A DNA stretch of 38,638 bases, from NCBI GenBank assembly GCA_040374415.1, contig JBEIUK010000001.1, positions 1-38,638 of the forward strand. The letters are read 5' to 3'. Under the pieces are notes generated by a model that saw nothing but the letters and a program-made list of their open reading frames with translations, was not told where the DNA came from and ran no database searches. The position numbers were made by a program, and so were the translations under genes. Shown here one piece after another: positions 1 through 9,071 of this stretch; the first letter of the stretch is position 1, and each line of letters starts with the position of its first letter. The stretch is from Gemmatimonadaceae bacterium. Lineage in GTDB: Bacteria; Gemmatimonadota; Gemmatimonadetes; Gemmatimonadales; Gemmatimonadaceae.

Positions 1-32
1 CGCCGGCCTCGCCTCCGCGCCGCGCCCCCGGC

Positions 33-1607
33 CTAGCCACCTTCGACCTCGGCACCGTCGGTATGGATGACGCTGCCGCCTTCCTCGTTGACGCCGTCGT
101 TGCCGTCGAGGTCGTCGCCACCGTCGTGGTTGCCCTGATCGTCGCGGTCCTCGCGGTCATTCCGATCAGCGCCAGTGCTGGACCGATGGTCGCCGCGCTC
201 GCCCTCAGCGTCTTCGGACTCGTCGGTGCCGGCGCTCGCCTCCCGACTCTTTCCGCCCTTCCGGCGCCGAGACCGGCGATTGCGCCGACGCTTCCGCTCG
301 GTGCCAGCCGGCGTGCTCTCCGACTCGCTCTCTGCATCGTCCGAGGCGTCGACGGCGAGGTCGTCGCCGTCGAGCGCGTCCATGGGTTCGGGCTGCGGAG
401 CGGTCGATCGCGCCGGTGCCGTACTGGCGGCGACCGGTGCGCCCGCGAAAGGATCGGCCAGAAGCAGGTCGTTATCGAGCGCATCGGCCGCGGTCGTGTC
501 GCGAGCTGGACGCGGCGTCCGTTCCCGCTTCGGCCCCCGCTCTCCGCGCGGGGCCCGTTCGCCTCGCGGCTCACGTTCGCCTCGCGGCTCACGTTCACGA
601 CGCGGCTCGCGTTCACGACGCGGTTCACGCTCCTCTCGCGGCTCACGCTCACCACGGGGCAGACGCTCGCCCCGCGCTTCGCGGTTGGCCCGCGGTTCAC
701 GATCCGTGCGGGGCTCGCGAGGCTCCCGCGGCTCGCGCTTCTCACGAGACGGGCGTGGCTCACGCGTCTCCAGACGATCGCGCGTCTCGACGCGCTCACG
801 GGACTCTGGACGTTCGCGCGAGTCTACACGCTCACGCGGCTCCCGCTCCTCCCGGGATTCCCGCGGGTCCCGCTTCTCGTTGGTCCCCCGACGCGCCCAC
901 GCCCAGCGCAATGCGGCGAGGGCATCGCGCACGAGAATCCGGCGCGTCTCCCGGGTGCGGACACCATACGTCGGCTCCATGGGGACCGACTCGACACGGC
1001 GGGCGTGCGGCAACAGGCGAAGCAGCAGGTCCGCGTTGGCGGTCCAGCTGTCACCGGCGCAGACGGGGGCGTCGCCGGTCGTGCGGAGCAGGTCGCGGAG
1101 CGCGGAGATGCGGACCAGCCGCATCGATCCGGTGAGATCGGCAAGTCCTTGCACCCGCACAAAGGGACGGAACGCCCAGCGGACGGCCGTATACAACCGG
1201 CTGACGGCGCGTGGGGCATCCGCCAACTGCGTACGTTCCCCGACGACCAGATCGGCGCCGCCTTCAAACCGGCGGGCAAATTCCGGGACAATCCCCGGCT
1301 GATCGGTAAAGTCGCCCTGCAATAGCAGCATCGCATCCCGACGCGGGTATCGGGTCTGCGCCGAGATGTGGCGGACGAGGGCGTTGACGGCACCGGCATA
1401 CCCCACCGGGGTACGGCCACGGAGGACGGTGACGGGCATGGCGTGCACATACTGCTCGGCCACGGCGGCGGTCTCGTCGGTGCTGGCGTCGTCATACACC
1501 ACCACCTCGTACTCACGCGGAAACTCGGCGAGCACCGTACGGAGCCGCCAGAGAAGGACGCCGATGGTGGCGACCTCGTTATGCGCGGGGATGGCGAGGT
1601 AGAGCAC
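33..1607 (-). CDS. Glycosyltransferase family 2 (DPM1/ArnC-like) with a long R/E/P-rich disordered C-terminal tail
   Basis: N-terminal GT2 motifs 'LAIPAHNE', 'VVVYDDASTD' and 'GADLVVG'. The DxD position reads 'QGD'. Start placed at GTG 1607 (VLYLAIP), inside the 33..1628 ORF. Confidence 0.8.
   Translation of the reverse strand: MLYLAIPAHNEVATIGVLLWRLRTVLAEFPREYEVVVYDDASTDETAAVAEQYVHAMPVTVLRGRTPVGYAGAVNALVRHISAQTRYPRRDAMLLLQGDFTDQPGIVPEFARRFEGGADLVVGERTQLADAPRAVSRLYTAVRWAFRPFVRVQGLADLTGSMRLVRISALRDLLRTTGDAPVCAGDSWTANADLLLRLLPHARRVESVPMEPTYGVRTRETRRILVRDALAALRWAWARRGTNEKRDPRESREEREPRERVDSRERPESRERVETRDRLETREPRPSREKREPREPREPRTDREPRANREARGERLPRGEREPREEREPRREREPRREREPRGEREPRGERAPRGERGPKRERTPRPARDTTAADALDNDLLLADPFAGAPVAASTAPARSTAPQPEPMDALDGDDLAVDASDDAESESESTPAGTERKRRRNRRSRRRKGGKSREASAGTDESEDAEGERGDHRSSTGADRNDREDRDDQGNHDGGDDLDGNDGVNEEGGSVIHTDGAEVEGG
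523..885 (-). repeat. Imperfect 18-bp/9-bp coding tandem repeats (REPRGE/REPRRE-like units)
   Basis: Units such as tcgcctcgcggctcacgt x2, tcacgacgcggctcgcgt, tcacgacgcggttcacgc and tcctctcgcggctcacgc are read directly. Boundaries are approximate. Confidence 0.8.
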
Positions 1608-1727
1608 GAGAATGGGCGGAGGGAGCACATGAACGGGGCAGCAGTCCCCGTCACCAATCTGTCGAAATTAACAGGGGTCAGGCGTTCGTGGTTGCCCCTG
1701 ACGGGTCCACTCGCGACTATTGCGCGC

Positions 1728-3563
1728 ATGGCGGCGAGGAATGACGCGAAATTGGCCAGGCGAGGGCAGCGGACCCCCCGTTCGGTGGCCCGGGCCGCTG
1801 CACGCGGCGGGCTGGCCTCGCTGGCCCTGCTGGCCTCGCTCCTCGCGGCGACCACGGCCTGGGGGCAAGCGACCCCCGATTCGGTCCGGCAGCGGCCGAC
1901 CTCGGCGCGCGGCCGCCTCCCGGTGACAGGGTGCGCCGGCCAGCCGATCCACGAGATCGTGGTCATCGCGCAACCACCGTATGTGGAGCGCCTTCCGAAA
2001 GCCGTGGATTTCCTCCGGGAGGCGGCCCGGGCGGGCCACTCCACGACCCGGGACGAGGTGATCCGCGGCTTTCTGCTCATGCAGGTCGGGGAGCTGTGCA
2101 ACCAGTTTCGGCGCGCGGAGTCCGAGCGGTTGTTGCGAGCGCAGCCGTATATCGTGGACGCGCGCATCCGCGTGTATGACGACGAAGCGGGCGGGGTGCG
2201 TTTGGAGGTCGAGACGCGCGACGAATTCAGCCTGATCCTGGAGCCGGTGGTGACGGCCGCCGCGCCGTTCTTCAAGGCTATCCGTGTGGGGGATGCCAAC
2301 GTTCGGGGCTATGGGCGCCGCGTGGCGGTGCAATGGCGCGACGGGGGCCCGTACGCGGATGTCCTTGGCGCGCAGTACACCGACTATCAGTTTGGTGGTG
2401 GCCGCAACGAGTTGCGGGTGGTGGGGACGCGGCGCGAGCATGGGCAACAGCTCCGTGCGGAGTTGGTGCGGCCGTTCTACACGGACTTTCAGCAGTATGC
2501 CTTTCTCGCCTCGGCCGAAGGGATCCGCGATCACGCGATCTTCCGGCGTCCGGGCTTTGAACCCAATGCGCTGAATGTGGCGCGGCGGAGTCTGGTGGTC
2601 GGGGGGCTCGCACGCTTTGGCACGATTGGACGGTTGCGGCTGCTGGGGCTTTCCCTCACGAGCGCGGAGCGCCGTCCCGATGCGGTGCCGGTGCGGTTGA
2701 CGCGCACGGGGATTCTGCCCGATAGCGGTCCGCCACTCGGGCGGGTGTATGCCGCGCAATCGGTGGCCCGCATGAACGCGCTGTTTGGGGTGCGGTTCTT
2801 GCGCTTTGTACCCGTTGAGGGCTTCGACGCGTTGACCGGCACACAGGATATCCGGACCGGTCTGCAGGTCAGTGCCGTCTATGGGCAGTCGCTGCAGGTC
2901 TCCGGCGCGTCGCCACGTGACCGCTTTATGGGCGCATCGCTCTATGCCGGCGCCGGCGGCCAGCGGTCGTTTGTGGGGCTGCAGCTGTCGGGGGAGGCGC
3001 GGCAGACGATTGGTGCCCATGACTGGGCCGATCGTATCGGTACGGGACGCGTGGCCTGGTATTTCCGTCCGGCGGTGCGGCAGCTGACGACCGTGTCCGC
3101 GGAATGGAGTGGGGCGCGGGATATGCAGCAGCCGTTTCAGCTGTCGCTCGCGGATTACACCGGCGGCCTGCGCGGCTACGCGCGCTCGGATGAGCCGGGG
3201 GCGCAGCGTCTGGTGATGCGCGCCGAGCAACGGTTGGTGCTGGGCTCCCGCGCGAATCTGGCCGACGTCGGGATGGCGCTCTTTGTTGAAGCCGGCAAAC
3301 TGTGGGCCGAGCGGAGCGTCCCCTATTCCGTGACGACGCCCTGGCGCAGCGCCGTGGGCGTCTCGCTGCTCGCGGCCGTACCGCCGCGGTCACGTCGGAT
3401 GTGGCGGGTCGATGTGGCGATGCCGGTGAGCAGTGATCCGCGTCGCCGGCTCGAAATTCGCTTCTCGAATGAAGATCGCACGCGCGTCTTCTGGCGCGAG
3501 CCCGATGATGTCATGGCCGGACGAGACCCCGGCGTCCCGATCAGTCTCTTCCGCTGGCCCTGA
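1728..3563 (+). CDS. Omp85/BamA-TamA family outer membrane protein (POTRA-like domain plus beta-barrel)
   Basis: Signal peptide-like segment (LALLASLLAATTAWG/Q), POTRA-like segment 'TTRDEVIRGFLLMQVGE...ESERLLRAQPYI', alternating beta-strands and the 'GLRGY' loop-6 motif. Start ATG 1728 chosen so it does not overlap the divergent GT2. Confidence 0.65.
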   Translation: MAARNDAKLARRGQRTPRSVARAAARGGLASLALLASLLAATTAWGQATPDSVRQRPTSARGRLPVTGCAGQPIHEIVVIAQPPYVERLPKAVDFLREAARAGHSTTRDEVIRGFLLMQVGELCNQFRRAESERLLRAQPYIVDARIRVYDDEAGGVRLEVETRDEFSLILEPVVTAAAPFFKAIRVGDANVRGYGRRVAVQWRDGGPYADVLGAQYTDYQFGGGRNELRVVGTRREHGQQLRAELVRPFYTDFQQYAFLASAEGIRDHAIFRRPGFEPNALNVARRSLVVGGLARFGTIGRLRLLGLSLTSAERRPDAVPVRLTRTGILPDSGPPLGRVYAAQSVARMNALFGVRFLRFVPVEGFDALTGTQDIRTGLQVSAVYGQSLQVSGASPRDRFMGASLYAGAGGQRSFVGLQLSGEARQTIGAHDWADRIGTGRVAWYFRPAVRQLTTVSAEWSGARDMQQPFQLSLADYTGGLRGYARSDEPGAQRLVMRAEQRLVLGSRANLADVGMALFVEAGKLWAERSVPYSVTTPWRSAVGVSLLAAVPPRSRRMWRVDVAMPVSSDPRRRLEIRFSNEDRTRVFWREPDDVMAGRDPGVPISLFRWP

Positions 3564-3609
3564 TGCGGGCGCGGGCGGGCATGCCGATGACACGCCCCCC
3601 GCGTTCGTA
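3564..3609 (+). terminator. GC-rich hairpin between convergent genes
   Basis: tgcgggcgcggg (3564-3575) pairs with cccgcgttcgta (3598-3609) using G-U pairs. No clear U-tract. Confidence 0.35.
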
Positions 3610-3629
3610 CCAGCTGCGGATTACTTGGA

Positions 3630-5174
3630 TTACTTCACACCCGCCATCATCCGGCGCACCGGAATGATGAGCAAGCCAATCGTCGCCGCCGCGACGGCCA
3701 GCGCGATCGCCGTGCCGCTAAACACCATGGGCGTCTGCTCGAGCTTCGAAGGGTCCACATGGCCCCCGACGAGGCCGGCGACGAGGTTCCCCACGGAGGT
3801 CGCGAGGAACCAGATCCCCATCATCTGGCCGACGTAGCGTCGCGGGGCGAGCTTCGTCATCGACGACAGACCAACGGGGCTCAGGCACAGCTCGCCAAAG
3901 GTCTGGAAGAGGTAGCTGAAGGTCAGGAACCAAGGGGAGACCTTTACCAGACCACCACTCGCGAGCACCTGATTGGCCGCGACCACCATGATCTGAAAGC
4001 CCAAGGCGGCGAAGAGCAGACCAAGCATGAACTTGGTCGGGCTCGAGAGATCAATACCGCGCTTGCCCAGCCACAGCCAGAGCGCGCCAAAGAGCGGTGA
4101 GAAGCCAATGATGAAGAGCGAATTGATCGACTGAAACCACGTCGCCGGGATCTCCATCCCAAACAGGCGCAAGTCGGTGAAATCTTTCGCAAAGAGCTGC
4201 AGCGACGTGGGCGCCTGTTCAAACGCCGCCCAGAAGACCGCGGCGAAGACGAAGAGCAGGAAGATCACCACGGAGCGCGCCTTTTCGTCGCGGGTGAGTC
4301 CCCCAAAGGCAAAGAGGTACGAGAAGAACGCGACCGCGATCCCCACGAGCACCACCGTCATGGCATTGCCAATGGCCAGCGGATCGAGCGTGATGATCCC
4401 CGTGCTCGCCAGTGCAAATATCAGGGCGAAGACGCCGACGCCGCCCAGCGTGCTGTTGCGCACGGTGGCTTCGCGCCGCGCCTGCACGGCGGGATCTGGG
4501 TCGCGGACAATGTCCTCGCCCAACGTCCCCAGCATCGACTTCGCCTTGAGCCAGAAGCCCAGCAGCCCCAGCAGCATGCCGAAGCCGGCTGCGCCGAAGC
4601 CCCAGTGCCAACTCACCCGTTCCCCGAGGTAGCCGGTGACGAGCTGTCCGATGAGCGCGCCGCTATTGATCCCCATGTAGAAGACGGAGAATCCGGCATC
4701 GCGCCGAGCGCCGCCTTCGGGATAGAGATCACCCACCAACGCCGAAATGTTCGGCTTGAGGAGCCCAGTCCCGAAGACGATCAGGACGAGGCCCAGGAAG
4801 AAGAACGTCTTGCCGACGGCCGCGCCGGCCATCCCGGAAATGCCGATCGAGAGATGACCCGAGGTAATGAGCATCGCCCCCAGCAAAATCGATCGACGCA
4901 GCCCCAGCCAGCGATCGGCGATCCAGCCGCCCGGCAGTGACGCGAGATAGACGCTCGCGGCGTAGATCCCGACGATGGCGGAGGCCTGCGTCCGCTCAAA
5001 GCCGAAGCCCCCATCGCTCAGCGCGGCCGCCATGAAGAGCACGAGCAGCGGGCGCAGTCCGTAGAAGGAGAATCGCTCCCACATCTCCGTCGCGAAGAGG
5101 AGCCCGAGACCGCGCGGATGACCGAAGAAAGCGCGATCGGCAGAAGGCGCGGGAGGAGCAGCGCGTGTCGTCAC
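3630..5174 (-). CDS. Proton-dependent oligopeptide transporter (POT/PTR2, DtpT-like MFS)
   Basis: 'FFGHPRGL..LF.TEMWERFSFYG' (ExxERFxxY), 'GTGLLKPNIS', 'FYMGIN.G', 'FQSIN' and 'ELCLSPVGLS'. The GTG at 5174 overlaps the oppF stop (GTGA). Confidence 0.93.
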   Translation of the reverse strand: MTTRAAPPAPSADRAFFGHPRGLGLLFATEMWERFSFYGLRPLLVLFMAAALSDGGFGFERTQASAIVGIYAASVYLASLPGGWIADRWLGLRRSILLGAMLITSGHLSIGISGMAGAAVGKTFFFLGLVLIVFGTGLLKPNISALVGDLYPEGGARRDAGFSVFYMGINSGALIGQLVTGYLGERVSWHWGFGAAGFGMLLGLLGFWLKAKSMLGTLGEDIVRDPDPAVQARREATVRNSTLGGVGVFALIFALASTGIITLDPLAIGNAMTVVLVGIAVAFFSYLFAFGGLTRDEKARSVVIFLLFVFAAVFWAAFEQAPTSLQLFAKDFTDLRLFGMEIPATWFQSINSLFIIGFSPLFGALWLWLGKRGIDLSSPTKFMLGLLFAALGFQIMVVAANQVLASGGLVKVSPWFLTFSYLFQTFGELCLSPVGLSSMTKLAPRRYVGQMMGIWFLATSVGNLVAGLVGGHVDPSKLEQTPMVFSGTAIALAVAAATIGLLIIPVRRMMAGVK

Positions 5175-6196
5175 GGCAGGGTGGGGTAAAGAGGAGCAGG
5201 ATCCTTGAGGCACGCCACGAAATGTCCTGGCGCCTTTTCCTCAAGCGGGGGCACACGCTGGGTGCACGCCGCGTCTTTCGCGGGATGTGGACACCGGGGA
5301 TGAAAGGCACACCCCATCGGGGGATGTGTTGGCGACGGGGGTTCACCGGCCAGCACCAGACGACGGCGTCGCACGGTCGGATCGGGAACGGGTACGGCGG
5401 AGAGCAGCGCCTGCGTGTACGGCATGCGCGGTGCCCCGAACAGCGAGGCGCGTGGCGCCAATTCGACGATGCGGCCGAGATACATCACGGCAACGCGATC
5501 GGCGATGTGCGCGACGACGGCGAGATCGTGTGCGATGAACAGATAGGACAGGCCGCGATCGCGCTGCAGATCCTGCAGCAGGTTGATCACTTGAGCCTGC
5601 ACGCTGACGTCGAGGGCCGAGACCGGCTCATCGCAGACCAGCAGCGTGGGCTCCACGGCCAGCGCGCGGGCGATGCCGATGCGCTGCCGCTGGCCGCCGG
5701 AAAATTCGTGCGGAAAGCGCTGGGCATGCTCGGCGCGGAGCCCGACCTCCTCGAGGAGCTGTGCCACGCGACGATCGGCGGCGGCTCCTTCCGCGAGGTG
5801 GTGTACGAGTAATCCTTCCCGGATCGCGGCGCCAATCGTCATGCGCGGATTGAGCGAGCTGTACGGATCCTGAAAGACCATCTGCATGTGCCGACGCAGC
5901 TGGCGCAGTGCTTCACCGTGCTGGGCCCGCACCTCCACGCCGTTGAACAGGATGTGTCCAGCCGTGGGCTCCACTAAGCGCAGGAGCGCACGCCCGGTGG
6001 TGGTCTTGCCGCATCCCGATTCGCCAACGAGGGCGAGCGTTTCGCCAGCGGCCAGCGTGAAGGACACGTCCTCCACGGCGCGCACGGTGGCGCCGATCCG
6101 GCCAAAGAGCCCCTGACGCACGGGGTAGTGCTTCGACAGCCCATCCACCTGCAGCAGCGGGCGATGGGCATCTCCCGAACCAGTGGGGTGGATCAC
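5171..6196 (-). CDS. oppF: Oligopeptide/dipeptide ABC transporter ATP-binding subunit (OppF/DppF)
   Basis: GESGCGKTT, FSGGQRQRI, DEPVSALD and a C-terminal 'GCAFHPRCP'. The GTG at 6196 overlaps the upstream stop. Confidence 0.9.
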   Translation of the reverse strand: MIHPTGSGDAHRPLLQVDGLSKHYPVRQGLFGRIGATVRAVEDVSFTLAAGETLALVGESGCGKTTTGRALLRLVEPTAGHILFNGVEVRAQHGEALRQLRRHMQMVFQDPYSSLNPRMTIGAAIREGLLVHHLAEGAAADRRVAQLLEEVGLRAEHAQRFPHEFSGGQRQRIGIARALAVEPTLLVCDEPVSALDVSVQAQVINLLQDLQRDRGLSYLFIAHDLAVVAHIADRVAVMYLGRIVELAPRASLFGAPRMPYTQALLSAVPVPDPTVRRRRLVLAGEPPSPTHPPMGCAFHPRCPHPAKDAACTQRVPPLEEKAPGHFVACLKDPAPLYPTLP

Positions 6197-7248
6197 GCGG
6201 CACCCTCGGTCACGGCGTGGCGTCGACGATGCGGCTCGTCCACCAGATGACAGCGCACGGCGTGCCCCGTCTCGATGGTGCGGAGCGTTGGGGCGTCGGT
6301 GCGACACCGATCGAAGACGGAGGCACAGCGATCCTGAAACCGACAGCCGGTGGGCCAGTCGGTGGCTGGTGGCACCGTTCCCGGCACCGTCTGCAGGCGC
6401 TTCGTCAGGCGATCGAGGCGCGGGACCGCAGCGAGCAGTCCCTGTGTGTACGGATGGGTGGGGTTGGCAAAGAGCGCCTCCACGGGCGCGGCCTCGACGA
6501 TCTCGCCGGCGTACATCACCAGCACGCGCGAGGCCATCTCCGCCACCACGCCCAGATCGTGCGTGATGAGCAGCAGCGCGAGCCCGGTCGCGTCGCGGCG
6601 AGCGCGCAACAGCTCGAGAATCTGCGCTTGGATGGTGACGTCGAGCGCCGTGGTCGGTTCGTCGGCGATCACGAGGCGCGGCTGCAGGATCAGCGCCATC
6701 GCGATCATCACCCGCTGCCGCATCCCGCCAGACAGTTCGTGGGGGTATTGCTGCGCACGTGCCGCAGCGTCCGCGATCCCGACATCGGCCAACATCGTGA
6801 CGGCCTGCTGCCACGCCGCGCGCTTCGTCGCCCCCGTGTGTACGCGCACCACTTCGGCGACTTGATCCCCAATCGTCAATACGGGATTCAGCGCCGTCAT
6901 GGGCTCCTGAAAGATCATGGAGACCACGCGCCCGCGCAGTGCGCGTAGCTCGCGATCGGGGAGGCGCAGCAGCTCCTGTCCCGCGATCGTAATGCGGCTC
7001 TCGGCGGCGATCACCCCAGGCGACGGCACCAGATGCAGCAGCGATAGCGCGGTGACCGACTTGCCGCACCCCGATTCCCCGACGACGCAGACGGTTTCCC
7101 CGTTGTGCACCTCGAAGGACACGCTGTCCACCGCTCTGGCATCACCGTCGGCGGTGGGGAAGGTGACCCGCAGATGCTCCACGCGCAGCACGGGCGGCGT
7201 GTCGGCGGGGGATAGTGCCGCGGGGGAGGGCGTGGACCCGGAGATCAT
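6193..7248 (-). CDS. oppD: Oligopeptide/dipeptide ABC transporter ATP-binding subunit (OppD/DppD)
   Basis: GESGCGKSVT, FQEPMTALNP, LSGGMRQRV and DEPTTALD. The ATG at 7248 overlaps the oppC stop. Confidence 0.9.
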   Translation of the reverse strand: MISGSTPSPAALSPADTPPVLRVEHLRVTFPTADGDARAVDSVSFEVHNGETVCVVGESGCGKSVTALSLLHLVPSPGVIAAESRITIAGQELLRLPDRELRALRGRVVSMIFQEPMTALNPVLTIGDQVAEVVRVHTGATKRAAWQQAVTMLADVGIADAAARAQQYPHELSGGMRQRVMIAMALILQPRLVIADEPTTALDVTIQAQILELLRARRDATGLALLLITHDLGVVAEMASRVLVMYAGEIVEAAPVEALFANPTHPYTQGLLAAVPRLDRLTKRLQTVPGTVPPATDWPTGCRFQDRCASVFDRCRTDAPTLRTIETGHAVRCHLVDEPHRRRHAVTEGAA

Positions 7249-8096
7249 GCGGGAAGCTGCTCCATAGCGAAGAGATCGCGCAAGGCATCGCCGAGCGCGT
7301 GGCAGGTCAGCACGGCCAGCATGATGGCGAGTCCCGGAAAGACCGTCAGCCACCAATTCGCAAAGAGCGCGTCCGCCCCGTCGAGCATGATGTTGCCCCA
7401 GCTCGGCGTGGGCGGCTGCACGCCCAAGCCCAAGAAGCTCAGCCCCGCTTCGAGCGTAATGGTGCCGGCGACGTTGAGCGTGGCGGTCACCGCCAGAATC
7501 GGGAACAGATGCGGGAGCAGGTGTCGCCAGAGTTGACGCGCACGCGGCACGCCGAGGCTGCGCGCGGCCAACATGAAGTCGCGGTGCATGAGCGCCTGCA
7601 CTTCCCCCCGCACGAGCCGGGCGACCTCAAACCAGCCGGTGCATCCCAGTAACAGGATGAACGCCGTCAGTGGCAAGCGCGTGGGGAAGAAAGCCGCGAC
7701 CGCGAGCAACAACAGGAGCCGAGGCATGGCGAGCGCCACATCCAGCATGCGCATGAGGAGCCGGTCGACGGTCCCGCCGATCAGACCGGCGAGGGCGCCA
7801 TATGCGGTGCCAAGGAGCAGCGCGAGGGAGACGGCCGCGACGGAGAGCGAGAGCGATACGCGCGAGCCATGAATCACGCGGCTCAGGACGTCCCGCCCAA
7901 AGCTGTCGGTCCCGAACGGATGTGCAGCCGACGGCGGGAGATGCAGCTGCGTGGCGTAGGTGGGTGGTACGTCTGGTGAATACGGCGCAATCCACGGCGC
8001 GCCGAGCGCAATGGCCGCGAGCAGCCCCACGAGCAGCAGCGGTCCACGCCAGCGTTGGGCGCGGTGCCCCCGCGAGCGCTTGCGGCGATCGGTCAT
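7245..8096 (-). CDS. oppC: Peptide ABC transporter permease (OppC/DppC)
   Basis: 'HPFGTDSFGRDVLSR', an EAA-like loop 'FMLAARSLG' and 'EAGLSFLGLGVQPPTPSWG'. Confidence 0.9.
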   Translation of the reverse strand: MTDRRKRSRGHRAQRWRGPLLLVGLLAAIALGAPWIAPYSPDVPPTYATQLHLPPSAAHPFGTDSFGRDVLSRVIHGSRVSLSLSVAAVSLALLLGTAYGALAGLIGGTVDRLLMRMLDVALAMPRLLLLLAVAAFFPTRLPLTAFILLLGCTGWFEVARLVRGEVQALMHRDFMLAARSLGVPRARQLWRHLLPHLFPILAVTATLNVAGTITLEAGLSFLGLGVQPPTPSWGNIMLDGADALFANWWLTVFPGLAIMLAVLTCHALGDALRDLFAMEQLPA

Positions 8097-9061
8097 GTGG
8101 TGCGCATCCGAGGATCGAGCCAGGCCCCGGCGAGATCCGCGAAGAGGCTGCCGATGGTGGTCATCGCACTCCCCAACACCACACAGGCGCTCACCAAGGC
8201 GTAGTCCCGCAGGGCAATCGCCTGCATGAGCGCACTGCCAATTCCCGGCCAGCCAAAAATGCGCTCCACAAATACCGCGCCGGTCAGGACCGCGGGGAGG
8301 AACAAGCCCGCCATCGTCACCACCGGGAGCAGCGCCGTCCGCCAGACCTGTCGGCGCACGGTGTGATCCGTCAGGCCTTTGGCGAATGCCGTTTGGACGA
8401 ATGGTTCACGCCATTGGTCGCGCATCGCGCCGCGCTGTACCCGCGCGAACACCGCCGTCCCCATGAGCGTGAGCGACAGCCATGGGAGGACGAGATGCGC
8501 GGCGCGATCCTGCAGCTGCTCCCACGGTCCCATGCGGTCGTGGAAGACGGCATCCACCATGCCGGTGGCGGGGAGGATCGGCAGGTAATAGGTGAAGAGC
8601 AGGAGCAGCAGGAGGGCGACCCAGAATTCGGGCACGGCATAGAGCACCAGCATCAGCGATGACAGCACGCGATCGCCGCGGGATCCAACGCGGGCCCCTT
8701 GCCATGCCCCCAGGGCGGCCCCGGCGGCGATGCTGGTGAGGAGCGCGAGCCCCATCAGCAGCAGGGTGTTGGGCAACCGACTGGCGAGCACGTCGCGCGT
8801 GGGGCGTTGCTGTGACGTGGAGAAGCCGAAGTCGGCGCGGGCCACCTGCCCAAGCCACCGGCCGTATTGCACCGCGAGGGGCTGATCGAAGCCTTGTTGC
8901 GCCCGCCAGACGGCGCGCTGCGCCGGTGGGACGCGACTGGCGTCCGCCATGGCCGAGATCGGATCCCCGGGCGCCCAATGCAACAGGAGGAAGGCCACGC
9001 TCGCCGCTGTCCACACCACCAGCACGGTGTGGAACAGCCGCGTCAGCACCCGACGAGCCAT
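8093..9061 (-). CDS. oppB: Peptide ABC transporter permease (OppB/DppB)
   Basis: 'APGDP', 'GFDQPL..QY..WL', 'DFGFS', 'HLVLPWL' and 'VFVERIFGWPGIG'. ATG at 9061. Confidence 0.9.
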   Translation of the reverse strand: MARRVLTRLFHTVLVVWTAASVAFLLLHWAPGDPISAMADASRVPPAQRAVWRAQQGFDQPLAVQYGRWLGQVARADFGFSTSQQRPTRDVLASRLPNTLLLMGLALLTSIAAGAALGAWQGARVGSRGDRVLSSLMLVLYAVPEFWVALLLLLLFTYYLPILPATGMVDAVFHDRMGPWEQLQDRAAHLVLPWLSLTLMGTAVFARVQRGAMRDQWREPFVQTAFAKGLTDHTVRRQVWRTALLPVVTMAGLFLPAVLTGAVFVERIFGWPGIGSALMQAIALRDYALVSACVVLGSAMTTIGSLFADLAGAWLDPRMRTT

Positions 9062-9071
9062 GCCGTTGGCC

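Noticed and set aside
63-1325. Long + strand ORFs (420 aa, 375 aa) over the GT2 repeat tail
   Set aside because: Antisense shadows of a repeat-rich, GC-rich gene with no recognisable motifs.
6197-7069. Apparent 632-aa OppF with a long N-terminal extension, suggesting a fusion or frameshift
   Set aside because: The extension is an off-frame read of oppD. The GTG at 6196 overlapping the oppD stop gives a normal-sized OppF.
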